The notes under the pieces are model-generated. The model ran no database searches and was not told the DNA's origin. It was given only the letters and a program-made list of their open reading frames with translations. The position numbers and the translations under genes are program-made. DNA of 64,000 bases from Paramecium tetraurelia (Eukaryota): contig CT868563.1 in the NCBI GenBank assembly GCA_000165425.1, forward strand, positions 124,001-188,000. Reading direction: 5' to 3'. Of this stretch, positions 39,699-51,688 are shown one piece after another (position 1 is the stretch's first letter; every line of letters begins with the position of its first letter).

Positions 39699-41274
39699 AT
39701 GATTAAAAAAATATTATGCAATAAGCAATTGTATTAATTTTGTGTTGAAATCAAATAACCCAAATCCAAAAAGGGACGAAATATTTTGTTATTCCTGCTT
39801 GGTTTAGGATTTGTAGATCAAATGACTAAATATAGAGACTATATGTCGAATATATTTTTAGGTGAATAAGAATTGGTTGATCTCCAAAAAAAAAAACAAA
39901 TAGAAGTGGACAAGAAAATATTAAAATATCATGAAGTTAATGCAAAAAGAAACTAAGTTAAGTAAACAGTTGTAATTATTGGTGGAGGCATCATAGGATT
40001 GAGTCAAGCATTAAAATTATTATAAAATGGTTATCATGTGACATTAATAGAAAAGGAATAATTTGTCTCAACCAAATGCAGTGCTTTTAATGGAAATATT
40101 TACAATCCATACTTATTCAATCCGCTAATATCCAAATATTCAATAAAAACTATGTTTGATAATTATCTCAATCCCACTGATACAGCAACTCAAAGATTCA
40201 GTTTTAACTGTCTTCTAGAACCAGGAGCCTTCGTATGGTTATTTAATGCATTAAGGCTGAGTACATCTGATCAATAATTTGATAAATCAATTCAAGAAAT
40301 GACTAAGTTGGGGGAGATTTAGGAATAGGAATTTGAAAAAATCAAAAAATTGGGTTTGCTTGATAATCAATTAACTGCTAAAGGTGAATTGAGTTTCTAT
40401 AAATCTGCAGAATACGGAAAACGAATTAGTCAATCATTTAAATAAGCAGGAATTGCATTTGCAGAGGTGGATAAAACTGAATATAATGAGCATGAACTTG
40501 ATAAGCAATTATTTAATAATTACCCTTATGTTATTAGATTAGATAAAGAAAATAATTTAGATACGAAATAATTATCAATAAACACTTTGAAGTATTGTTA
40601 AAAACATTACCCTCAAGAATTTACTATTCTTTATGGAACAGAGTTTAATGAATTCATTATAAATTATAATAGATAGGTTTTTGGAATAAATACTAATAAA
40701 GGGTATGTAAAATTAAATTATCTTTAGTATCATATGTGGAAACAAATTTATAATTTGTGCTGGATTGCATAGTAAATAAATAGCCAAAAAGTTGGGTGCA
40801 ACTTTGCCTATCATGCCTTGTAGAGGATGGGTTATTGAATCTGAATTGCCTGAATTTGCCAAGGGATCTGTCTTAGATTAAATGGTACTTAAATTGCCCA
40901 CTCTATCCATCACGAATCTTAATAATAAGTTAAGAATTTCAGGTTGTCAACTCATAGACAAAGAATATAAATCAGATGATCCTATTAATGAATGGGGAGC
41001 TTAGATTCTGATTAAGTAGATGAAAGAGCAGTTTAATGTAGATTTGGATCCAAAATCCATTTCAGTTAGGGATTGCTGCAGACCCTTGACTCCAGATGAC
41101 AAAATTATACTGAGTAAATTGTAGCTAAACAAAAACGTGTTTGTGAATGCAGGACATGGTTCTAGAGGAATGAGTCAATGTCATGGTTGTGCAGAGATTA
41201 TCTACTAATTAATGAAGGGAAAATAAAAAGCAGAGTATGCAGCCTTTGATTTAAGCAGGTTTTTATTTGTTTGA
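39699..41274 (+). CDS. FAD-dependent D-amino-acid dehydrogenase (DadA)-like oxidoreductase
   Basis: VVIIGGGIIG..A..L...GYHVTLIE, CSAFNGN, IICAG..S, LPIMPCRGW and CRPLTPDD..NVFVNAGHGSRG. The N-terminus is presequence-like, followed by a hydrophobic stretch. Confidence 0.85.
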
Positions 41275-41311
41275 AGTATTTATATATATATATATCGTTA
41301 AAAATAATAAA

Positions 41312-42363
41312 ATGAGTTAGTATGAAAGGATTAGACCGATAGTTTTTTAGAAAGCTCCAGAAGTGAAATAGGTGAGATCCAATTCATTAGCTGTTCGATC
41401 ATCGCCTTCTAAATGTTAATTGGATTTATCATTCGATTTATAAGTTAATTCAACAACTAACAATACAAATCATCCTTTAAAAGATATCAACAACTATAAA
41501 AAGCTGTATGTGAGTGAGTCATGTTAGAACAATAATAAAGAAAATTAATTATCTGGAAAGCATTTTTCGTTTAAGGCTGATGAAAATTAATATCTGAAAT
41601 AGAGAATTAAACAATTAGAATCATAGAATAATAACTATGTAAGTGAAAATAAAAAATTGGCTCATGTTTTGGATCAATAAATTCAATTAAATCAATCACT
41701 TCAAGATTAATAATAATCAAAAAACTAAATTATAAGAAAATTAGAGGATGTATAGAAAATGAGTAAATATTAATAGCCTAATAATACAGATCTTAAATAA
41801 ATCAATGAATAACTCATTATGTCTAAAAAAGTAGTAAATGATTTAGAAGAAAAAGTTTAAATTGTATTAAATGAGAATTAAAAGTTAAGCGAATTAAATG
41901 AAAGATTTTAGTTTACGGAAAATCAATTAAAAATTGAAGTCGAAAAATATAAAAGTAAATGCTCAATTTTGGATAGCAAACTAAAATAATAACAGTAATT
42001 TTCATTATCATATTTAGAGATGAATCGAAATGTTTAGAATTGCAAAGAAAGATCAAAAAACAGAATGATCAATTAGAGCTATTGGCTAGAGAGAATTATC
42101 AATTGAAATAATAGTTAAGTTAAAATACTAATCAAGTATCATAATAAGAAGATAGATAGTTTCATAGGTATATAGATATATTTGATTTTAGTGATAAATA
42201 CAAAGAGACAATCCAAGAACTAGAGTGCGAAAATCAATACTTATAATAAATGATAGGTATTGATTAATAAAAGATGAATAATCTTGAGGAAAAATTACAT
42301 TTGTTGTCCAAAGAAAATTAAAGACTAACAGAAATAGTCAAAAATCGTCATAAATAGCAATGA
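41312..42363 (+). CDS. Hypothetical coiled-coil protein
   Basis: Q/E/K/L heptad-rich code-6 ORF with two short introns. Confidence 0.65.
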
Positions 42364-42433
42364 TCAAAATTTATAACTATTTTTGTTATTTAATTTAAAG
42401 AAGATTAAATTAAATGATAATATTGATTTACAA

Positions 42434-43081
42434 TCAATATCTATAAACTGATCCATAACCAAATGTTGGTGCAACATAGCTATAATTTGGAGCATATCCA
42501 TAGGTTGGAGCAACATAGCTAGTTCTCAAGGGGGCTACTGGTGCAGCATAACTGTAAGAAAGTGGTGATGCATATGAAACTGGAGCAGGAGGAGCCCTTC
42601 TAACCTATAAAGAATTAATTAAAATTGAACCTCTCTTTCATATTCTAAATAATCAACTCTTGGCACATTCTTTTCAACTGGCACATAATCAATTTATTTC
42701 TCATAGGACACCTAAGGAATATATTCCTTTTGGTATTCGACTGGATAATAATCAGTCACCCATTTTTATCTTGGCACCTACGTGTTAATGTATTATTTAC
42801 TTAGACAGTTCTGACTTCCTCTTCCAACTCTACGACTGGCTTTTGATATGGAACGTATTCAACTCTTGATCCACCTCTAACAGGAGAATAGGCTGGAGGA
42901 GCATAACTAACAGGAGGAGCGTAAGTCACTGGAGCTGCATATGAAACAGGTTAAACATATGAGACTGGTGCTCCATAGCCAACTATTCGTTAGTCTAATT
43001 GTCTTTACCTGGAACTGGTCTGGCAATTGATGTTGCTAAAGGAGAAGCATACGAAACGCCTAAAGGAGCATAGGAGTACAT
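42434..43081 (-). CDS. EPI: Epiplasmin (Paramecium membrane-skeleton protein)
   Basis: PVSY/YAP-rich flanks around a central SRVEYVPYQK...VTDYYPVEYQKEYIPQV.YEKQIDYVP core typical of epiplasmins. Confidence 0.88.
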
Positions 43082-43420
43082 AATAATATTAATATTGGCA
43101 ATAAAATTTATTGATGTTTTTATTTTTACATGGGATATCAAAACAAAATATTTAATAAATTATTTGAATTATGATACAATTGTGAAGAGAGTTAATGCCC
43201 AATATAAATTATTAGGCTTTATAATCATTTTCGATACCTAAGCCTTTATAACTATTTATTGTACTCCATTTAACAAACGTTTTTGGGTATTGTTTAGAGA
43301 ATGTAGTAAAAGAGAATTCAATTATATAAATATGCATATGATTAAATTATTAAGTTTGTGATATTTCCAACTGATTATAACATATTTGATATTATTTAAT
43401 ATAAACTATTTTTTGTTAAT

Positions 43421-45359
43421 ATGTCGGAATATTTTAGAAAGTATATCAAAAAAGAGCATTATGCTAACCATTAGTACTAGTTTATGAATTAATTGTAGCT
43501 CAAACCTTAAATTCAAAACTTCTTTCAGAAATTGCATATTGGAAGTATTTAACAATTATTAAATCAGGCGTTTAAAAGGAGATTATGGAAGGAGACAGAT
43601 GGGGATGATTGGGACATAATGTGGGCTGAGAAGGAATGGATTCATGAAGTAATGGATCATACTCATCTTTAATCTAATCAAAAAATCAATCATTTCAGAA
43701 ATCATTACGAAGTATTAACAAACTAATAATTAGTTAACAAGAAAAGATCTCATGATTAAGAATTTTAAAAGGTATAAGAAAAATTTAGAAAGAGAAGGGA
43801 AAAATGAAGAAGCTAATAAGTAATTACTGCATTAATTAATACAGTTATAATTTCTTCCCTCTAACCTTCCACTTGCCCAGCGAATACCCGATATTTTTTG
43901 AAGAATTCAAAAGGTAATCCAACAACGGTGATACCAAAACAGCTTGGATTATGAAGCCTGTACTATTAATATATTATGTTAAGATTGGTAAATCATAAGG
44001 AAAAGGTATATTCATCTTCAACAAAATCCAACAAATATCCCAATGGAAGAACACTCTAAGATATAATTAAGATAATCCATAGGCTGAAGCCTATATAGTT
44101 TAAAAATACATAGCAGACCCTCTCCTTATTGGAGGAAAGAAATTCGACATGAGAATATATTTGCTTTGCACATCTTATTAGCCCTTGACATTATACTTGT
44201 ATAGGACGGGCTTTGCAAGATTTACACATCATCGTTATGATAATGAAGATATTTCGAATACATGTATTTATTTGTATATTCAAAACTCCTTAGATGTTCA
44301 TTTAACCAATGTGGCCATTCAAAAGACATCTGACAATTATGACGAAAAACTAGGTGGAAAGTGGAATCTATAAACCCTTAAACTCTATTTGATGACTAAA
44401 TATGGCTAAGAGAAGGTTGCTGAAACCTTTTATAATATTTAAATGCTAATGATTAGATCACTCCAAGCAGTTCAAAAGATTATCATTAATGACAAGCATT
44501 GCTTTGAGTTATATGGATTCGATATTTTATTGGATGCATAACTAAAACCATGGCTATTGGAAGTGAATGCAAGGTATTCAATCAAATAGAAATTTAAGTC
44601 CTTCTATGACATCTAATACTCCTGTAGATTTTGAATTGAAGTGTGGTTTATTGGATGATGTATTTACAATAATTGATTTGGAGAAAGTGTTGACAGGAAA
44701 TGAAGAATAAATAGGAGGATTTGATTTGATATGCAAAGGAAACCCAATCAAATTGCCTGTTAATAGCACATTCACTACTTATTTAGGGGCATTTAACAAC
44801 AGGTCGCAATAATTAAAGAAAATTGCCAAATCTACAGCAATCAGATTGGCTTAATCATATTAGGAAGGCCAAACTAAAGCTATTGAAGTCGGATCTAAAG
44901 GGTAAAAAGAGAAAGAGGAAAAAGATAAGTAAATGAGAAGCTCATCTAAAGGACCACAAGTTATGCAAGTACTTTATTATTATATTTTAGAATGGAGTCA
45001 ATGGTAGTATTAAAACTACTAATTAATCTAAATAAAATACAATAATAAAAAGAAATACTACTAATTTGCCTGCTTTAGGAACTGCGCAAAATAAGAGTAA
45101 TATCAAAAGATACCCATTATAAAATGCTGGTTAATAATCATAACAAATTTAGTAGTCACAAAATAATTCTAGCAAAAAGTAATTTATCTATTTAGTTAGA
45201 AATAATCCAAATGAAGATTCCATGTTAAGTGCAAATCAGAAGTTACAGAAATTAACATAGGAAAGTAAAATAAATTAGTTTTAACCTTATAAATAATAAT
45301 CATAATACAACGATGTCATGGGCATGGGCTCGAGAAATCTTTAAAAAAACGAAGAATGA
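43421..45359 (+). CDS. TTLL9: Tubulin polyglutamylase (TTLL9/TTLL1-like)
   Basis: [61 protein letters not shown] and [19 protein letters not shown]. Confidence 0.9.
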
Positions 45360-46231
45360 ATTAACATAGTAAAATAGTTTTCTAATTCTAAACATATTAT
45401 TTATCATCAATTCATTAAATTCAATTTTGTAATACTTTATCTTATTTATGGTATTTTTTCTATGCTTTTCGTATAACAAATGTCATAAAAAATCTTGTCA
45501 AATTTCTAATAATTTTCTTTAGAGCATTTTCTAGTTAAAATTTAATTTATGATGTTCGATTAATTTATAGTTTTGTTTTTCACAAATTTTTCTTTTCAGG
45601 CTTATGAAATAATTGTTTCTGTTTGTCTATTCTTATTGGCTTTATCATCCCAAAAATCAGATTTTGCAAGGGTTCCCAGTAAAATTCTTTATAATTCAGT
45701 AAAAGATTACAGGTAAACTAATATAAAAACAAGTCCTATTAATGGCAAAGGAATAAGAGTCTAAAATTATTTTAATTAGAATCAAGATGCTAATTAATAA
45801 TTCATTTAATTTTTTTTATAAGAAAAGCTCATGAATTTTCTCCTTAATAATAGAAATGCATAATTTTGGGCCATTAATATCAGAACAATTCGATTTGATA
45901 TACTTATCACAAGAGAGGGTTTATAATAAATTCCACATTTAAATCAAACCAATCATTATTACAATGTTTATGTAGTAGTTAAACATAAGCAAATAAAAAT
46001 AAGGTTAAAATTACGGAATCAACCCACTTCTAGACGCTGAAAATAAAGCATAGACAACACATTTACCTAAAAAAATGTAATTCCATCATTTTAATCTCTA
46101 TATAAATTATGCTCTTAAATATAATTACAAAATTTTATATATGAATATTTAAAATGCTGTATCTTTAAATTTTAACTAGTTAAAAATCAATTGGAAATTA
46201 ATGAACATAAAAAATAAATATTCAAGATTTA

Positions 46232-46654
46232 ATGAAATATGCCAAAATATCAAATTAAGTTAGATAGGCCTTCATAAAAAGGGTATCTGAAAAGAAATGT
46301 ACAATAAGACAAGCAGCAAAGCAATTTGGAATCAAATTTTCAACAGCCAAAGCTATTCTATCGATTTACAGACATGAAGGCAGGATAGGAAAAAAACAAA
46401 GAAGACAACGAAAACTATTGAACAATACTAATTCTGAAAGGGAAACACAAAATTCTTTAAAAGAGGAACATACGGAGACCAAAAAAGAATTTAAATTGGA
46501 CCAAGCCCCTCAGAACACTCCTAACGACGGTCAAACTATACAACCCCTACTGTAATTTAATTATGACTCGACTTACTTGCAACATTTTTGGATGATGACT
46601 TACATGAATCAACACTTACAATACCAAAATTTTTAAAGATTTATTGGATATTGA
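46232..46654 (+). CDS. Small helix-turn-helix (Psq/Tc1-paired-like) DNA-binding protein, 140 aa
   Basis: KYAKISNQVRQAFIKRV...TIRQAAKQFGIKFSTAKAILSIYRHEGRIGKKQRR; intact intronless ORF. Confidence 0.75.
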
Positions 46655-49280
46655 AATACATATATATATGAATAGAAATTTTTCGAGAAATTAATTTTTT
46701 CATTATTGTTGTTTATTTATTATGAAATATACTTTGAATTAAAAAGTTAAATCCAATATATTTTCCTCTACTACGATCCAATTTTTGAAATCATTGGTAT
46801 TTTGTATAATTCCTGAACATAAGTTTAATATTATGCACTTATTAAACGAAACAAAAGATATTACAAATTTTAAATATCTCTCAATTTGAATTATTCACGT
46901 GGCAACAAAGTACTTTAACTTATTTATAATTCATAAGAAGCCTCAGAAATCTCAATTAGATGTTGAAATCGAAATTTATAATAAATTATGGTGTGGAAAA
47001 TGCCAGTTATTAAATATGTTCTAAGCACTATTAATACAAATCATATGTATATACAGTTTATTGTTCATCATGGATTATGAAAGAGCCCAAGTGCAAATGA
47101 TATAAGAATCAAAGCGTACAAAAGGAAATATTTTAAATAACTATTAAATTACGCATTAAGGTACTGTCATCGATATAAGAATGAATATCAATACTTTTAT
47201 GTATGAATAATTTGTATTGGAAATTTGTTTATAAAATAAGTATTAATATCGAATGTTTAGAAATTTATTATAAAGAAATTATGCATTGATTTTCCACCTC
47301 TTATAATCTTCAAAAAATTTCCACATATTTTTTTCAACTTATCTCAAATTAGTGTTTTTAGCCATTATCTATTGATTTTTTTATCATGGCGATGATTCAT
47401 ACTAACTGGAATTTTCATATCCAGTCTTCTTTATTTATTTCTAATTTAGCTTATATATTATATTTTTTTTTATATTTAGTTTATTTATTTCTTGCTCTTT
47501 CTCTCTCTTGCTCATTTTAACCTAATTTTTGACTTGTTGAGTTTTTGGAAAAACAATTTTAAACTTTTTTTTTTAAGTTTAACCTCATCCTATTTGATTT
47601 CGGTTATATTAAATACCATTATTATGTCGATTAGATAAACTTTTATTCAGTTTATTATTCCATAACTGTGGTTACTTCTTTGCTTTTTTTTATTTTTAAT
47701 TCCTTTCCAATTCTGAAATTCCTAATTTTGATAGGAATTATGTCTTTAATTCAACTTCATTTTTATTGCTCTTTTTCAAACATTTTTACTTTGATTATCT
47801 TAAGGAAAGGTTTTCTTTAGATATTTATCAGTCATTAATTGATTCCTCTTCTATAAACAGACTTCACAACCAGCTCATTTTCGAAATCATCTCTTTCAAT
47901 TTCTCACTTTTTTTTTGAAAAGAAGGACAACTTACTTAATTTAGATAATTAAATATATGCTAAACCAGTTCATCCTGTTTGTCATATCAAAATATTTTTT
48001 TCATACAATATAAGTATTATATATTTAATTTTAATACTTATAAAATTGTATGATTTATCCTACCTGAAAGCTACTACAAATGGAAGATACTGCTATGTTT
48101 TATTACTTGGAATGTATTAATATTTTTATATCAAAAATTATATTTATGAAATCATAAGTTGAATATTGTAAAGTATTGTTCAAAGTAAATATTAATTAAA
48201 TATTACTCTGAATAATTCAACTATTTATAATAATAAAGACTATTGCTGTAATAGATATAAAATGAAATATAAATTAAAAACGAAGAGAATTAGTGATTTA
48301 TTGAATAAAAATTAGGGGCTAAATAGGAGCAAATTTATTTATAATAGGGTATTCTGATATGAGAATTAAAAAAATAATTTTATGATACTATTTAAATAAG
48401 GCCATGGCCATCATTAATAAAATCAGGTTGTTTCTCAAGAAACTGAGAGGCTCAAAGATGAAAATGATGACTTAAACAGAGGAATTTATTTTTATATTAA
48501 TCTTAGAGTGTTTACATTTAGAAATTTAATCAGAACAATAAATAAAGTATAAATCAAAAACAAAAGAGACTCTGCAAAAAATTAAAAGGCTATTAAAAAG
48601 AATTAAAGCAAATATTACATATAGGAAAATTAGATCAAAGACCGAAATTGATCTAATATAATTTATTAACAGTGTAACAGAAGCTCATTAGAAGATTGAT
48701 ATTCCACAAAATTATTTGAAATTGAAAGAAAGTAATGATTCCAAATAATAAAAATATTTATCTTTAATTGAAGAAATTATTTAAGTACCCAAATTACAAA
48801 AAATGAAATATAAGAAAAATAAGGCCTTTCAATAAATTATATATATTTAGCTACGATTACAGCAACTATTGCGTTAGGAATTATTATTAAAACAAAATTA
48901 CTATGATAATTTTTTGATGGTCTATTTCCAATATATTTTAGCAAGAAATTCGTATGATAAAGAATTAAAAAGGAAAAGAAAGACTTATTAAGACCATTTA
49001 TAATTTTTGATCTTTTTATTCTTTTATTTATAAATAATTTTAAATTAAACAGACCCATGTTCACTATCTAAACAAAAATCAATTATTAATTTAAGTAAAC
49101 ATAATAATTGATCTCTTATTCAATTAACAATAGAATTCATACATATTTTAAGTTTATTTTTAGTAATGAATATTTTTATTAAGAAAAAAGATTAAATGAA
49201 TAGTTTTGCCGATGAAGAGTGATTACATTTCATTCTTTAACAACAAATTGAATGATTATGAATGTGCATAATGATTAAAT

Positions 49281-49734
49281 TCATGATGACGTATAGTTTC
49301 CTACTTAATTTTCGAGTTCTGCTACCTTTTATGTTGCTGCTATTATTAATTGCTAAATTTAGCTTTTTTCTTTTTTTAATTCCGTGATTTAACTTTGCAA
49401 TTTAGAATTCTCATCCTTTTATGTATTTATTGCCTAGATCATTCTTATTTGATACTTGTCTCAAATCTCTAAGCATAGCATCAAGAGTGGGCTATGTTGT
49501 ATTCTTAATTTCTTCATTATTATTGGTTATTCTCTGTTTCATCAGATGTAACTCCTATTTTAATTGATCAATCTCATGTTTATAGCTTTATAACAATTCA
49601 TTAGATAGATCTGTAATATTCTAAACATTTAATAATCGAATTACATTAACTAAAAGCAAATGATTTTTAGCATTGGTAGCAGATTCTTGATCCAATTTGG
49701 AACTGTGGAGCTATTATTATTAAATTTCTGACAT
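49281..49734 (-). CDS. Small coiled-coil protein
   Basis: MSEIQQQQ... with two introns; C-terminal QKDENSKLQSQITELKKEKSQIQQLIIAATQKVAELENQVG. Confidence 0.7.
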
Positions 49735-50992
49735 TTATTTTTATTATATTAATTTTAATCAAAGCAATATTTATTCATTTATAAAATTTGAGAGAAGAAA
49801 ATATAAAGAAAATTAAATATATTAGCTATTTATAAAATTTATTACTATTTAAAATTAACTAATGCATATCGGCAATTTAATATAAAAGTCTTTTTTTATT
49901 AATTTTCTTTTTAGTTTACTGTTATTTTTAGCGCTTCTAATTTACATTCCTTAATATATTTCTGTAATATTCTTGATTTCTTAGAGGTTGCTTTCATCTT
50001 TTTAATGGTTGAATTTTAAATTCATAGTAGAATCTAAAATTCCTAATTATATTTATCTTCAATAATGTCTCTTATTTTCAAATTAGCTGCGTTGTTCAAG
50101 TTTTGAAGTTTGTTATGTGAGAATTGTTCAACATAATCAAAGATTTAATATTGATAATGTTTCTTCGCTCTTCATATAAAACCTTTAATTATATACTACT
50201 TATGAGTTACTAAAACTATTCAAAAATGTTAAAAACAATATATCTGGTTTCAATTCAACAATGGACTATGTATCAAAAGGTTATGTATTTTATTGTTTTT
50301 CGAATATTTAAAAATTGTTTTTCTAACTTTTTATTTATTATTTGAAATGATAAATTACATACGAAAATTTAATATTAAATCTCGATTTTGTTTCCTTTTT
50401 TGCTAAGTGGGTTATTTAATCAAGTTTATATTATATATTTAATAATTATGGGGAAATAAAAATAGATTAAAATTAATAAAGTAAAAGCATTTACATAGAT
50501 ATGATGTCTAAAATATGATATTAATCGAATAAATTAAGATAATATTTCTAATCTTTATACTTACTCTATATCCATATTTATAAATTATAAACTTCTTTAA
50601 TACTAAAAATTATTACTATTGTTTATAATATTTTTTCTAAAAGAAAGAAATATTTAGTTAATCCTATCATGATTTTATATCAATTATTCTAATATTTTAA
50701 TGATTTGATTGATAAATCTTTTGAAAATGAAAAATATAGAAACTATTTAATTTTACTTCTATTTTTTTTCTAGGAATAATCTAGTTTAAAGGATTACAGA
50801 GAAATAAATAAATTATCGATCATTCAGCATTGGATTGCACTATTGATCTATTTTTTTATATTTTAGTTAAATTTATCTTATATTAGATTGTTAGCCATGC
50901 TTAAGACTTTCAGTTATTGGACTCATAATAATACAATAATAAACATAATTGTGTGGTTATTTGAAATTAAATAAAATCTTTTTTTATTATTC

Positions 50993-51641
50993 ATGGGTAT
51001 TTCAAGAGATAGCAGACACAAGAGAAGACTTACAGGAGGACGTATGCCAATCCATAAGAAGAAGAGAGCATTCGAGAAAGGAAGACAAGCTGCTATGACT
51101 AAATTAGTATCTGGTGAAAAGAGAGTTAGAAGATTAAGAGTCAGAGGGGGAAATTTCAAATTCAGAGCACTTAGATTATCTGAAGGCAATTTTTCTTGGG
51201 CTAGTGAAGGTGTTGCAAAAAAGGCCAAGATTGTAGAAGTTGTTTATCATCCATCAAATAATGAATTAGTGAGAACAAAGACTCTTACAAGAGGTGCTAT
51301 TGTATAAGTTGATGCAACTCCATTCAAATAATGGTATTTGAAGAAATACAATATTGATTTGGGTGCTAAAAAGGGTTAAAAGAAAGTAAGAAAATTGAAA
51401 ATAACATAAGGATTAACCAGCTTAACCAGAAGTCAAGAAATCAAGATCCTTATAAAAGAAATTAGACCAAAGAATAAAGGAGAGAGTTATTGATAATTTA
51501 GTAGCAGAACAATTCTAAAATCAAAGACTTTTAGTAAGAGTCACATCTAGACCAGGATAATCAGGTAGAGCTGATGGATACATTCTTGAAGGAAAGGAAT
51601 TAGAATTCTACGTCAAAAAAATCGAATCAAAGAAAAAATGA
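50993..51641 (+). CDS. RPS8: 40S ribosomal protein S8 (eS8)
   Basis: [40 protein letters not shown] and [22 protein letters not shown] (Q encoded by TAA); 25-nt intron at 51386-51410. Confidence 0.98.
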
Positions 51642-51688
51642 GTTTTTATTATCCATACAAGTACATTAGCATAGCATTTATCAATAAT

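Noticed and set aside
42480..42990. Short imperfect repeats (GGAGCA/TAACT units) that superficially resemble an array
   Set aside because: They encode the PVSY/YAP peptide repeats of epiplasmin; not CRISPR or satellite DNA.
50885..50910. TTAGCCATGC, resembling the 5' end of 18S rRNA
   Set aside because: Only about 9 nt match and the flanks are unrelated; coincidence.
50923..51228. 101-aa minus-strand ORF from the track
   Set aside because: Antisense shadow of RPS8.
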